Made by a program: the position numbers and the translations under genes | Origin: an uncultured Chloroflexia bacterium | Lineage (GTDB): Bacteria; Chloroflexota; Limnocylindria; Limnocylindrales; CSP1-4 | NCBI GenBank assembly: GCA_963720755.1 | Contig: CAVRGP010000015.1 | Span: 288,001-352,000 of the forward strand | Direction of reading: 5' to 3' | DNA: 64,000 nucleotides | Part shown: positions 1-9,899 of the stretch, piece by piece | How the letters are laid out: every line of letters starts with the position of its first letter | Numbering within the stretch: the first letter of the stretch is position 1 | The notes under the pieces: model-generated | Seen by the model: only the letters and a program-made list of their open reading frames with translations | Told to the model about the DNA's origin: nothing | Database searches by the model: none

Positions 1-1
1 C

Positions 2-748
2 GTGCGACTGCGCGACGTATCAGCCGACCTTGCCACCATCGGGCTGTGGGGCCCGCTCGCACGAGACGTGCTGGCCGAGATGGTCGTCGACCCGGACACG
101 GTCGCCGATGCCGCCCTGCCGATCCGCCAGGCGCGGTCGATCGTCGTCGCGAACATGCCCGTGTTGGCGGCCCGGATCAGTTACGCGGGCGAGCTCGGGT
201 GGGAGCTGACCATGGCTGCGCAGCATGCGGTTGCGGTCTGGGACGCGGCGATGCGGGCTGGCGCTCCCGTCGACCTCGGTCCGTTCGGGTATCGGGCGCT
301 CGACTCGCTCCGGCTGGAGAAGGGGTATCGCTACTTCGGGACCGACATGACGATGTCCGAGACACCGGATGCGGCGGGGCTCGGCATGTTCGTTCGGACG
401 CACAAGGGCCTTTTCATCGGGCGGGATGCCGTGCTCGCGGCGCGGGCCCGATCCGCCGCGTCCCCGGATCCCGAGGCCACCCGCCTGAGCACATTCGTGG
501 TCGATGATCGGGACGGCTATCTGCCTGTGTTCGGGGGCGAAGCGGTGCGTTCGGAGGGGGAGGTCATCGGTCGCGTCCGAAGCGCTGCCTACGGAACGAC
601 CCTATCGCGAACGATCGGCTACGTGTATCTTCCTGCGAGACTCCAGGAGGGATCGCCACTCACGGTGGATGTCTTCGATCAGCAAGTCCCGGCGACCGTC
701 ACGGCCGACGTCCTCGTCGACCCGCGCGGTCTCCGGATGCGCGGCTGA
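2..748 (+). CDS. GcvT-family aminomethyltransferase/dimethylglycine-oxidase-like protein, C-terminal part (5' end outside window)
   Basis: Motifs GLWGP.AR, RISYAGELGWEL and ALDSLRLEKGY, plus a GcvT C-terminal barrel. Paralogous to the C-terminus of 4621..7059. Confidence 0.85.
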   Translation: MRLRDVSADLATIGLWGPLARDVLAEMVVDPDTVADAALPIRQARSIVVANMPVLAARISYAGELGWELTMAAQHAVAVWDAAMRAGAPVDLGPFGYRALDSLRLEKGYRYFGTDMTMSETPDAAGLGMFVRTHKGLFIGRDAVLAARARSAASPDPEATRLSTFVVDDRDGYLPVFGGEAVRSEGEVIGRVRSAAYGTTLSRTIGYVYLPARLQEGSPLTVDVFDQQVPATVTADVLVDPRGLRMRG

Positions 749-760
749 GGCGCGACGACC

Positions 761-1756
761 GTGCCCCTGTTCGGCCGGCGTCCGCCGGCCCATGAGACCA
801 CGATCTTCTTCGCGACCGACGTCCATGGTTCGGAGCGGACGTGGCGGAAGTTCGTCAACGCCGCCGCCTTCTACGGCGCGGACGTCGTGGTGATGGGCGG
901 CGACGTCATGGGCAAGCTCGCGATCCCGATCATCCGGTCGAGCGGCGGCCGCTATCGGGCGACGATCCACGGTCGGGTGGAGACCCTGGAGACGGACGCG
1001 GAAGTCGCCCAGACCCGCGAGCGGATCGCGTCCCTCGGCTTTTACGACACGGTCATGGACGAGGACGCCTACCAGGCGACCCGGGACGACCCAGACGCGG
1101 TCGATCGACTGTGGAAGGATCTGGCGACCGAGCGCCTCGAACGCTGGATCGCGATCACGGAGGAGCGCCTCGGGCCGTCCGGGATCCAGTGCTACGTCTC
1201 CGGCGGCAATGACGACCTGCTCGAGGTCATGTCGGCGCTGCCGTCGACGGGCACCCGCTCCTTCGTCGGTTGCGAGGGACGGGTCGTGCCGCTCGACGAC
1301 CGGCACGCGATGATCAGTCTTCCGTACGTGAACCCCACGCCCTGGAGCACGCCCCGCGAGGCGTCCGAGGCGGAGCTGGCGCAGATGATCGATGAATCGA
1401 TCGGCGGCCTTCCGGATCTCGAACACGCGATCTTCAATTTCCACGCGCCCCCGGTGGAGTCGACCCTCGACACCTGCCCCCAGCTCGACTGGACCACCGA
1501 CCCGCCATCCCAGATCGTTCGCGGCGGGCAGCCCGTCCTCTACGGGGCCGGGAGCACGTCGGTCCGCGCCGCGATCGAGGAGCATCAGCCGATGCTCGGC
1601 CTCCACGGCCACATCCACGAGTCGCAGGGTGCGGCGAGGATCGGCCGGACCCTGACCGTCAACCCGGGCAGCGAGTACGGCGAAGGGGTCCTGCGGGGTT
1701 GTCTGATCAAGATCGCCGACGGCACGGTCAAGGGATACCAGATGACGACCGGCTGA
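761..1756 (+). CDS. Icc-related metallophosphoesterase (calcineurin-like)
   Basis: Motifs ATDVHG, GGDVMG, GGNDD, HAPP, HGHIHE, NPGS. Confidence 0.85.
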   Translation: MPLFGRRPPAHETTIFFATDVHGSERTWRKFVNAAAFYGADVVVMGGDVMGKLAIPIIRSSGGRYRATIHGRVETLETDAEVAQTRERIASLGFYDTVMDEDAYQATRDDPDAVDRLWKDLATERLERWIAITEERLGPSGIQCYVSGGNDDLLEVMSALPSTGTRSFVGCEGRVVPLDDRHAMISLPYVNPTPWSTPREASEAELAQMIDESIGGLPDLEHAIFNFHAPPVESTLDTCPQLDWTTDPPSQIVRGGQPVLYGAGSTSVRAAIEEHQPMLGLHGHIHESQGAARIGRTLTVNPGSEYGEGVLRGCLIKIADGTVKGYQMTTG

Positions 1757-1896
1757 GTCGGACCGGGCCAAGACGTCAAGGGTGGGGAAGGGAGGGCATG
1801 CATCGAGGATCGGAGGAGGGGGACGGAAGCGGCCTAGCCGCGCGGCAGCCGAGCCCTGCCGGATCCCGGCTCGAACCTGCAACGAGGTCAACACGT

Positions 1897-3555
1897 ATGG
1901 CGACAGCTACCGCCCCGGCGGCGCCCGAAGTCTTCGTGCGCAAGTCGTCGGGTCTCGTTCGCGTGATGTCTCCGTCATCGGCGTTCATCTACAACGTCCT
2001 GACTATGGGCCTGATCTTCCCCTGGACCTACCTGTGGGCGCCGGGGGCTCTTCCCGGCGGCCAGCTGGTGTGGGGGATCCTCCTGGCGATGCTGCTCGAG
2101 ATCCCGATCGCCCTGTCGTACGTCTGGTTGTCGACGACCTTCCCCAGGACCGGCGGCGACTATGTCTTCCAGAGCCGGGTGTTCGGCGGCGGCATCGCCT
2201 TCACCGTGGTGTTCTCGGGCTTCGTGATCTGGATCCTGCAATGGGTCGCCCTGTCGGGCTGGCTCCTGGCGACGCTCGGGTTCGCACCGCTCTTCCTCGG
2301 GTTGGCGGCATCGACCGGGAACGCGTCCCTGGTCGACATCTCGACCTGGTTCACGACGCCGACCGGGATCATCATCACCAGCGTGGTCAACGCGGCGTTG
2401 GCCCTGGTCATCCTGGTGTCCGGGTTCCGCAACTACATCCGTCTCCAGCGGGTGATGTGGATCGCCATCCTCGTCTCGTTCGGGACGATGCTCCTGACCC
2501 TGTTCCTGACGCCGACGGCAGATGTCCCGGGCAAGCTGGACGCGTTCTCGGCGGCGATCGGGGGTTCGGCCAATTTCACCGCCGACGCGACGGCCGCTGC
2601 GACCGCAGCAGGGGTGGACCTCAATCCGGCGTTCAGCCTGCTCGCCACGCTGCTCATCGCGCCCATCGCCTGGACGTCGCTGCAGTGGGCGACCTATAGC
2701 AGCCAGCAGAATGGCGAGATCAAGAGCGCAGGCTCGTTCCGTGACCAGGCGTACATCATCATCGGGTCACTGATCCTCACCGGCCTGCTCCTCGCTCTCC
2801 TTGCCTTCGTCCTGGAGAACACCGTGGGCACCCAGTTCCTGTATGTCGCAGGGGCCGGCTACTGGAGTGGCGTCGGGGAGGCCACCCTGGCCGGGTCCTA
2901 CCTGTGGCCGAACATCATCGCGACCGCCCTCGCCAACAACGTCATCGTGACCTTGCTGATCGCCTTTGGGTTCATCCTCAACGGCCACCAGATCGTCCAC
3001 AACTGCTATATCGGGATGACCCGGGTCATGCTGGCGATGTCGTTCGACCGCCTGCTCCCGGAGTGGATCAGTCGGGTGAGCGCCCGGCTTCATACGCCGG
3101 TCAACGCCCATGTCGTCTACTTCCTCGCGAGCATCCCGGTCATCCTCCTGTACAACCTCTTCTCCTACGGGGAAGGCGACAACGCCACGAGCTGGGCGTC
3201 CCTGACCCTTGGCGTGACGTTCGCCTGCGGCTACGTGTTCGTCGTCACGGCGCTCGCGGGGGCGTTGCTGCCGTTCCGTGCGAAGGCTGCGTATGAGGCC
3301 TCCCCGGGCGCGAAGTACACCGTCGGCGGGTTCCCGCTGGTCACGATCGTCGGCCTGCTCGGCGCCGCCTTCGGCGTCGTCTTCCTGTATCTGTTCCTGA
3401 CCAACGACCAGCTCGGCCTCGTGAGTCAGCTGGCCTACACCGTCGTGGGCGGCGTGCTGCTGTTCTCCGCCGCCTGGTACTTCATCGCCAAGCAGATGCG
3501 CAAGTCCAGCGGCATCAACGTGGAGTACGCGTTCAAGGAGATCCCGCCCGAGTGA
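1897..3555 (+). CDS. APC-family amino acid/amine permease
   Basis: ATG 1897 after GAGG. About 12 hydrophobic segments, FVRKSSGLVR N-terminus, PRTGGDY, RVMLAMSFDRLLP, C-terminal FKEIPPE. Confidence 0.88.
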   Translation: MATATAPAAPEVFVRKSSGLVRVMSPSSAFIYNVLTMGLIFPWTYLWAPGALPGGQLVWGILLAMLLEIPIALSYVWLSTTFPRTGGDYVFQSRVFGGGIAFTVVFSGFVIWILQWVALSGWLLATLGFAPLFLGLAASTGNASLVDISTWFTTPTGIIITSVVNAALALVILVSGFRNYIRLQRVMWIAILVSFGTMLLTLFLTPTADVPGKLDAFSAAIGGSANFTADATAAATAAGVDLNPAFSLLATLLIAPIAWTSLQWATYSSQQNGEIKSAGSFRDQAYIIIGSLILTGLLLALLAFVLENTVGTQFLYVAGAGYWSGVGEATLAGSYLWPNIIATALANNVIVTLLIAFGFILNGHQIVHNCYIGMTRVMLAMSFDRLLPEWISRVSARLHTPVNAHVVYFLASIPVILLYNLFSYGEGDNATSWASLTLGVTFACGYVFVVTALAGALLPFRAKAAYEASPGAKYTVGGFPLVTIVGLLGAAFGVVFLYLFLTNDQLGLVSQLAYTVVGGVLLFSAAWYFIAKQMRKSSGINVEYAFKEIPPE

Positions 3556-3622
3556 GCCCCGCTCGCTCCGAGCGCGGCGGCCCGGCCGACCGATGTCGGC
3601 CGGGCCGCTTCATGTCCGGGGA

Positions 3623-4525
3623 CTATCCGCGGACGTCGCGCAACCAGGCCTCGAGATCCGGGCCGTCGAGCATCCCGGTCGCGCGGGCCCAGCGTTCCTC
3701 GGCCCAGCCGGTGAAGTCGAAGTCGATCGCGGAAATGGCCGCCTGGATGGCCGCCCACAGCGTCCAGCCGACGTCGGACATGATCATCTGCAGATGCATC
3801 CTGGCCAGCAGGCCAGCGGTGACCCGCCCGAAGTAGGCGGCACAAAGCTCCTCCAGGCGGGCCTCGTCGAAGCCCAGTTCCTGGGCCGTGTTGCCGAGTT
3901 CGAAGGTCGGGTCGCCGTTGCCGCTGTATTCGAAGTCGACGATCCACAGCCGCGTGCCATCGTCGATGTAGTTGTCGGCGAGCAGATCGTTGTGGCAGGG
4001 CACCGTGGGGAGGGGGGTGGCCGCCAGGGCAGCCTCGATCCGGGGGAGGAGTCCGAGGTGCTCGCGGTAGCCGGATGGGATCGCGATCGCTCGCTCGTCG
4101 ACCAGGGCGAGGTATCGCTCGGACAGTCGGAACATGTCGAAGTCGTCGCGGAAACGGGGACCGGCGTGGAGGCGGCGGAGCGCCGTCGCGATCCGGGCCG
4201 GCTCGCCGGGCGCGGCGAAGGCCTCGTTCGACATCGTCCGTCCCTCCAGCCAGTCGAGCACGAAGACGTCCCATTCGGGCAGGCTGTAGGTGACCCGCGG
4301 TGCGACGCCGGTCTCCGCCGCCGCCCGGGTGTTGTGGAGTTCGTTCGCCCGATCGACGGCCAGGAGTTCCGTCGCCGCCCCGGGGATCCGGACGAAGTAT
4401 CGTCGGTCGCCGACCTCGACCCGGTAGTTCGTATTGGTCAGCCCGGCCTCGATCCGCGTGGCCGCGACCGCGTGACCGGACCAGTCTGGGATGGCGGCGA
4501 TGACCTGCTCGAGCGTCGGAGGCAC
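3623..4525 (-). CDS. Choline/ethanolamine kinase-family phosphotransferase
   Basis: GLTNTNY, Brenner motif CHNDLLADN, IVDFEYSG. Likely leaderless GTG start at 4525, 6 nt after TACCCT. Confidence 0.85.
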   Translation of the reverse strand: MPPTLEQVIAAIPDWSGHAVAATRIEAGLTNTNYRVEVGDRRYFVRIPGAATELLAVDRANELHNTRAAAETGVAPRVTYSLPEWDVFVLDWLEGRTMSNEAFAAPGEPARIATALRRLHAGPRFRDDFDMFRLSERYLALVDERAIAIPSGYREHLGLLPRIEAALAATPLPTVPCHNDLLADNYIDDGTRLWIVDFEYSGNGDPTFELGNTAQELGFDEARLEELCAAYFGRVTAGLLARMHLQMIMSDVGWTLWAAIQAAISAIDFDFTGWAEERWARATGMLDGPDLEAWLRDVRG

Positions 4526-4620
4526 GGGCGGAGGGTAGCGCACCGCGGCCCGGTCGGGGAGGTGCCTAACCGCTACGCTGAGCGCTGTCAGCCAAACCGC
4601 AGGCGGAGTGGACAGGGTCG

Positions 4621-7059
4621 ATGGCAGAGCACGCTCGGGCGGTCGTCATCGGTGGCGGAGTCGGCGGCACCTCCATCGCCTACCATCTTGCCGAGCGAGG
4701 CTGGACGGACATCGTCCTGGTCGATCGCGCCGAGCTGACGTCCGGGTCGACCTTCCACTCGGCCGGGCTGGTCGGCCAGCTTCGCGGTTCGGTGACGTTG
4801 ACCAAGATGATGATGTACGGCTCCGACCTCTATCGGCGCCTTGCCGCCGAAACCGGCATGGATCCCTCGTGGCATGAAGTGGGCTCGCTGCGCCTGGCGT
4901 CGAGTCGGGAGCGATTCGAGGAGCTGCGGCGCCAGGCCGGTTGGGCCAAGACGTTCGGTCTGCCCCTCGAGCTCATCACCGCAGATGAGGCGCAGGCACG
5001 CTTCCCGTTGATGTCGACCGATGGCGTGCTCGGCGCGGTCTTCCTGCCGACTGACGGATGGCTCGACCCATCCGGCCTCGCCAACGCGCTGGCAGCCGGC
5101 GCACGCCAGCGGGGTGTGGCCATCCGGACCCACACTCGGGTGGTTTCTATCGGCGTGGAGCGTGGCCGGGTCACCGGCGTGACCGTCGACGCCGGCGGCG
5201 AACGCATGGAGATCCGGGCCGACGTCGTGGTCAACGCGGGGGGCATGTTCGCTTCCGAGATCGGTCGGATGGCCGGGGTGAACGTGCCGATCATCCCGAT
5301 GGCCCACGAATACCTGTTTACGGAGCCGATCGAGGGCGTCCACGCGGGTCTGCCCCAGCTGCGCGATCCCGACAATCTCGTCTACTTCCGGGAAGAGGTC
5401 GGCGGCCTGTGCATGGGTGGGTACGAGCGCCATCCGGCGCCGTGGGGACTCGACGGCATCCCGGCCGACTTCAACGGTCGGCTCCTCGCCCCCGACTGGC
5501 CGCGGTTCGAGGAGATCATGGACGGTGCGGTTCGGCGCGTCCCCGCCATCGCCGATGCCGGGATCAACCGGATGATCAACGGCCCGGAGGCCTTCACCCC
5601 GGACAACGAGTTCATCCTCGGCGAATCGGAGGTTCGCGGATTCTTCGTTGCCGCCGGGTTCAGCGCTCACGGGATCGCCGGGGCCGGTGGGATCGGTCGC
5701 CAGGTGGCGTCCTGGATCGTGGACGGGGAACCCGAGCTCGACTTGTGGAAGATGGACATCCGCCGGTTCGGACCCGCCTTTCGAAGCCAGGACTACACCC
5801 TCGCTCGCACGACCGAGGTGTATGCGACGTACTACGACATCCACTACCCGAACGAGGAGCGCCAGGCCGGCCGGCCTCTCCGAACGTCCCCGACGTACGA
5901 GACGCTGATCGGCCTCGAAGCCGCATTCGGCGAGAAGTCGGGCTGGGAACGCCCGAATTGGTTCGACGCGAACGCCGATGACGTCTTCGAGCCGCTCCGC
6001 CCCACCGGCTGGGCCGGGATGCACTGGTCGACCGCGATCGCCGCCGAGGCACTGGCCACCCGCCGGACTGCGGGCCTGTTCGATGAGACGTCGTTCGCGA
6101 AGCTCGAAGTCGTCGGACCAGGGGCGCTCGACTTCCTCCAGTACCTGTGTGCCAACGACATCGACGGACCGGTCGGTCGGATCGTCTACACCCAGCTCCT
6201 CGACCGCCGCGGTGGGATCCAGTGCGATCTGACCGTCACCAGGGTCGCCGCGGACCGGTTCCTGCTGGTGACCGGGACCGCGGTCGGCCAACACGACCTC
6301 GCCTGGCTCCGTCAACACCTGCCGGACGACGACAGCGTGTCCATCTACGACCTCACCGCCGGCCGCGTCTGCTTCGGCCTGTGGGGACCACGTGCCCGCG
6401 ACATCCTCGGTTCGATCACCCGGGACGATGTTTCGGATGCGGCCTTCCCATTCCTCACGGCTCGCGCGATCACGGTCGGATCCGTCCCCGTCCTCGCCCT
6501 CCGCGTGACCTACGTCGGCGAGCTGGGATGGGAGCTGTACGCCCCCACGGAGTTCGGGCTGACGCTGTGGCGGACGCTGTGGACTGCCGGTCAGCCGCAC
6601 GGGATCGTGGCGGCTGGCTACCGGGCCATCGACGCACTCAGGATCGAGAAGGGATATCGCGTCTGGTCGACCGATATCACCCCCGACGAGACGCCGTTCG
6701 AGGCTGGTCTCGGGTTCGCGGTCGCGCTCGACAAGGAGCCCGAGTTCATCGGTCGGGATGCGCTCGTCGCCGCCAGGGCGGCCGGGCCGACCAAGCGCCT
6801 CCGCTGCCTCGTCCTCGATGATCCACGGTCGGTCTGCCTCGGCAACGAACCGGTTCGGATCGGCGGGGTCGTCGTCGGCCGGGTGACGTCCGGTGGCTAC
6901 GGCTTCGCGGTCGAACGGTCGATCGCCTACGCCTATCTGCCGCCGGACCAGGCGGCCTTCGGGCTTCGAGGCGAGATCGAGGTCTTCGGTGACTGGATCG
7001 GGTTCGAGGTCGTCCGCGAGCCGTTGTACGACCCGGACGCGTCGAGGGTCCGGGCGTGA
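4621..7059 (+). CDS. FAD-dependent oxidoreductase, GcvT family (dimethylglycine/sarcosine/4-methylaminobutanoate oxidase-like)
   Basis: N-terminal GGGVGG FAD motif, SGSTFHSAG (covalent-flavin His), GWERPNWF, C-terminal THF-binding GcvT domain. 812 aa. Confidence 0.92.
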   Translation: MAEHARAVVIGGGVGGTSIAYHLAERGWTDIVLVDRAELTSGSTFHSAGLVGQLRGSVTLTKMMMYGSDLYRRLAAETGMDPSWHEVGSLRLASSRERFEELRRQAGWAKTFGLPLELITADEAQARFPLMSTDGVLGAVFLPTDGWLDPSGLANALAAGARQRGVAIRTHTRVVSIGVERGRVTGVTVDAGGERMEIRADVVVNAGGMFASEIGRMAGVNVPIIPMAHEYLFTEPIEGVHAGLPQLRDPDNLVYFREEVGGLCMGGYERHPAPWGLDGIPADFNGRLLAPDWPRFEEIMDGAVRRVPAIADAGINRMINGPEAFTPDNEFILGESEVRGFFVAAGFSAHGIAGAGGIGRQVASWIVDGEPELDLWKMDIRRFGPAFRSQDYTLARTTEVYATYYDIHYPNEERQAGRPLRTSPTYETLIGLEAAFGEKSGWERPNWFDANADDVFEPLRPTGWAGMHWSTAIAAEALATRRTAGLFDETSFAKLEVVGPGALDFLQYLCANDIDGPVGRIVYTQLLDRRGGIQCDLTVTRVAADRFLLVTGTAVGQHDLAWLRQHLPDDDSVSIYDLTAGRVCFGLWGPRARDILGSITRDDVSDAAFPFLTARAITVGSVPVLALRVTYVGELGWELYAPTEFGLTLWRTLWTAGQPHGIVAAGYRAIDALRIEKGYRVWSTDITPDETPFEAGLGFAVALDKEPEFIGRDALVAARAAGPTKRLRCLVLDDPRSVCLGNEPVRIGGVVVGRVTSGGYGFAVERSIAYAYLPPDQAAFGLRGEIEVFGDWIGFEVVREPLYDPDASRVRA

Positions 7060-7922
7060 CCGGATCGTCCGACGACGCCTCCGTCGCCTTCGGACCGGCG
7101 TGGTCGGCGACGCACCGTCGTGGCAGCGACTCGGAACTTCGGGGCTGGCTCGATGACGCGATGGAGATCTGCGACGAGGCCGATCGGATCGCCCGTGACC
7201 ACTTTCGTCGCGACCTCCAGATCGACACGAAGCCCGATCGGACCTTCGTGACCCAGGCCGATACCGCGATCGAGACGATGATCCGCGAGCGACTGCTCGA
7301 CGCCTACCCGGACCATGGCCTGGTCGGCGAGGAGTACGGCACCTCGGCCGGCGACGCATCGGTCCGTTGGTACATCGACCCGATCGATGCGACCCACAAC
7401 TTCATCCGCGGGGTCCCCCTGTTCGGGACGCTGCTGGCCGTCGAGCGGGACGGCGAGCTCCAGGCCGGGGTCCTCTCGGCGCCGGCCCTCGACGAGCGCT
7501 GGTGGGCCTGGCGGGCGGGCGGTGCATGGGCCCGCAACCGCGGAGAACCCGTACGCCGGATCCAGGTCTCGGCGGTCAGCGAGCTCGTCGATGCCCAGGT
7601 GTTCCATGGATCCGGCCGGGACATCGTCGCTTCGGGTCGTGCGCCCGGGTTCGACGACGTCCTCAGCCGGGCCTGGCGTGAACGTGGGTTCGGGGACTTC
7701 TGGGGCTACGCGCTGCTCGCCGAGGGGGCGGCGGAAGCGATGATCGAGGTCGACCTGTCCGCATGGGACACGGCCGCACCGCTCATCCTGGTGGAGGAGG
7801 CCGGCGGGCTGGCCACCGACTTCGACGGTCACCGGGTCCTCGACAGCGGCACATTCCTCGCCACCAACGGCCGGCTCCACGATGTCATCCGACGACGAAC
7901 GATCGGGGAGGCGACGTCCTAG
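7056..7922 (+). CDS. hisN: Inositol monophosphatase-family protein, probable histidinol-phosphatase
   Basis: VTQAD, GEE, WYIDPIDATHNFIRG.P, RGFGDFWGY, WD.AA..LVEEAGG. Confidence 0.75.
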   Translation: MTGSSDDASVAFGPAWSATHRRGSDSELRGWLDDAMEICDEADRIARDHFRRDLQIDTKPDRTFVTQADTAIETMIRERLLDAYPDHGLVGEEYGTSAGDASVRWYIDPIDATHNFIRGVPLFGTLLAVERDGELQAGVLSAPALDERWWAWRAGGAWARNRGEPVRRIQVSAVSELVDAQVFHGSGRDIVASGRAPGFDDVLSRAWRERGFGDFWGYALLAEGAAEAMIEVDLSAWDTAAPLILVEEAGGLATDFDGHRVLDSGTFLATNGRLHDVIRRRTIGEATS

Positions 7923-8551
7923 CCGGTCGATCTCCCGAGGCGGCGTGCCACGGCGGCGATCAGGGCAAGGCCGGCGACGAGGATGAGAAGCCCGAGACCG
8001 ATGTCGACGATCGCTCCGATCCCCGCGCAGGCCACCACGAAGACGACGGCGACCATCGTCAGCGGACGACCATCGACGACGGTTCGGTCCGGGGTCGCGA
8101 GGGTCGACAGTGAGCCTGGGGTCGACATGCCGGTCGATTCGGCGAGCTCGTCCGCGGTCGCCCGAAGGACGGCGAGGGTATCCGGATCCGCGAGGTCGTC
8201 GACCACGGCGGCCATGGCCGCCTCCTCGAACGCGGCGGCCGCCGCGACGCGATCGTCCGCGCGGGCGACGGACACGGCCATCTCGGTCAGTGCCCAGGTG
8301 CCGCTGAAGCCACTCCGGGAGAACAAGCGCATGGTCGCGTCCTGCGCCGCCACGACGGCTTCGTCGAACAGTTCGCCTCGACCAGCTGCGATTGCGGCAT
8401 TCCTCGCCGTGGCCTCCGCAGCGCGACGCTCGGCATCGGGGCGGGCGACGACGATCACCTGAAGGTCGATCCGGGCCATTCCCTCGAGAACGTCGGCGAC
8501 CCGAGCCCGTGCGGAAGCGAGGCCGGCGTCGTCCTCCCGCACCCCGGTCAT
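7919..8551 (-). CDS. Hypothetical Ala-rich protein with two C-terminal TM helices
   Basis: ATG immediately after gabT stop. Coding-like composition and hydrophobic C-terminus. Confidence 0.65.
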   Translation of the reverse strand: MTGVREDDAGLASARARVADVLEGMARIDLQVIVVARPDAERRAAEATARNAAIAAGRGELFDEAVVAAQDATMRLFSRSGFSGTWALTEMAVSVARADDRVAAAAAFEEAAMAAVVDDLADPDTLAVLRATADELAESTGMSTPGSLSTLATPDRTVVDGRPLTMVAVVFVVACAGIGAIVDIGLGLLILVAGLALIAAVARRLGRSTG

Positions 8552-8554
8552 CGC

Positions 8555-9883
8555 TCAGGCGCCAGCGGCAGCCAGGCTCTCGTCGAGGATCGAGATGGCG
8601 AGGTCAACTTCCTCGCCGGACGTGACCAGTGGGGGGATGATCCGGATCACATTGGCGTAGGTACCGGCCGTGAGGACGATGAGGTTCCGGGCGAGCGCCT
8701 CCGCCTGGATCCGCTTGGTCAGCTCCGGATCTGGGACGCGGCCGTCGCCGATCCCGGGCTTGATCAGCTCGATGGCGACCATGAGGCCGAGACCGCGGAC
8801 ATCTCCGAGCGAGGCGTACCTCGAGGCGAGATCCCGGAGCCCGGCCAGGAACTGCATGCCACGCGCCCTGGCGTTGGCGACGAGGCTCTCCTCCTCGATG
8901 ACATCCAGGGTGGCGTTTGCGGCGGCGCAGGACACGACGTTGCCGCCATACGTGCCGCCGTGCGTCCCGGGCTTCCACCTGGCCATCAACTCCGGGTGGG
9001 CCAGGATCCCGGACAACGGCAGGCCGGAGGCGATCCCCTTGGCCATCACCAGGATGTCGGGCTGCACGGCCCAGTGCTGGACGGCGAACATCTCACCGGT
9101 CCGCCCGAACCCGGTCTGGACCTCGTCTGCGATGAGCAGGATCCCGTGCTCGCGGGTGATCTCGCGGAGTCGGGGCAGGAACTCCGGCGGCGGGACGATA
9201 TAGCCACCCTCGCCCAGCACGGGCTCGATGATGATCGCGGCGACCCGGTCCGGGTAGATGAACTGGTGGAACGTGAGCTCAAGTTGCTCCTCCCAGTCGC
9301 ACGAACAGGCGTCGGGCGCGTGCCCGCCGCCCGGGGCCCGGTAGCAGTACGGGTATGCGGTGTGGTAGATGGATCCGGGCAAGGGCTCGAAGGCGGCGCG
9401 GTAGACGTCCTTGGCGGTCGTCAGGGCCATCGTCTGGGCGGTCCGGCCGTGATAGCCGTAGCGGAACGCGATGATCGCCGGCCGGCCCGTGGCCACCCGC
9501 GCGAGCTTCACCGAGGCCTCGACCGCCTCCGCCCCGGAGTTGGACAGGAAGGCCTGCCACGGGCCACCTGGAAGGACGTGCTGCAATCGCTCGTACAGGC
9601 GCAGGCCGGGCTCGTGGTACAGGATGTTCTGCTGCCCGTGGAGGAGCTTCTGGGCCTGGACGGCGACCGCGGCGGCCACTCGCGGATGAGCGTGACCGGT
9701 GTTGGTGACCCCGATCCCGGACGAGTAGTCGAGGTATCGCTGCCCGTCCCGGGCGATCAGCCATGAACCCTCGCCGCGCTCGATGTCGAGGTTCGTGATC
9801 CGGCTCCAGACGGCCGGTACGACGGCGTGGTCGGGCAGGGGATCCCCGTCGGCGCTGGCAGGGGACTTGACCGTGTCGACCAT
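8555..9883 (-). CDS. gabT: Class III aminotransferase, 4-aminobutyrate/diamine aminotransferase-like
   Basis: NSGAEAVE, YHGRT, EPVLGEGG, DEVQTGFGRTG, PLP Lys in MAKGIASG, HGGTYGGN. Good SD (AGGAGGAG). Confidence 0.85.
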   Translation of the reverse strand: MVDTVKSPASADGDPLPDHAVVPAVWSRITNLDIERGEGSWLIARDGQRYLDYSSGIGVTNTGHAHPRVAAAVAVQAQKLLHGQQNILYHEPGLRLYERLQHVLPGGPWQAFLSNSGAEAVEASVKLARVATGRPAIIAFRYGYHGRTAQTMALTTAKDVYRAAFEPLPGSIYHTAYPYCYRAPGGGHAPDACSCDWEEQLELTFHQFIYPDRVAAIIIEPVLGEGGYIVPPPEFLPRLREITREHGILLIADEVQTGFGRTGEMFAVQHWAVQPDILVMAKGIASGLPLSGILAHPELMARWKPGTHGGTYGGNVVSCAAANATLDVIEEESLVANARARGMQFLAGLRDLASRYASLGDVRGLGLMVAIELIKPGIGDGRVPDPELTKRIQAEALARNLIVLTAGTYANVIRIIPPLVTSGEEVDLAISILDESLAAAGA

Positions 9884-9899
9884 CGCCGTCTCCTCCTGG

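Noticed and set aside
1757-1896. Riboswitch (glycine/SAM/THF) upstream of the permease
   Set aside because: No recognisable conserved aptamer core by eye.
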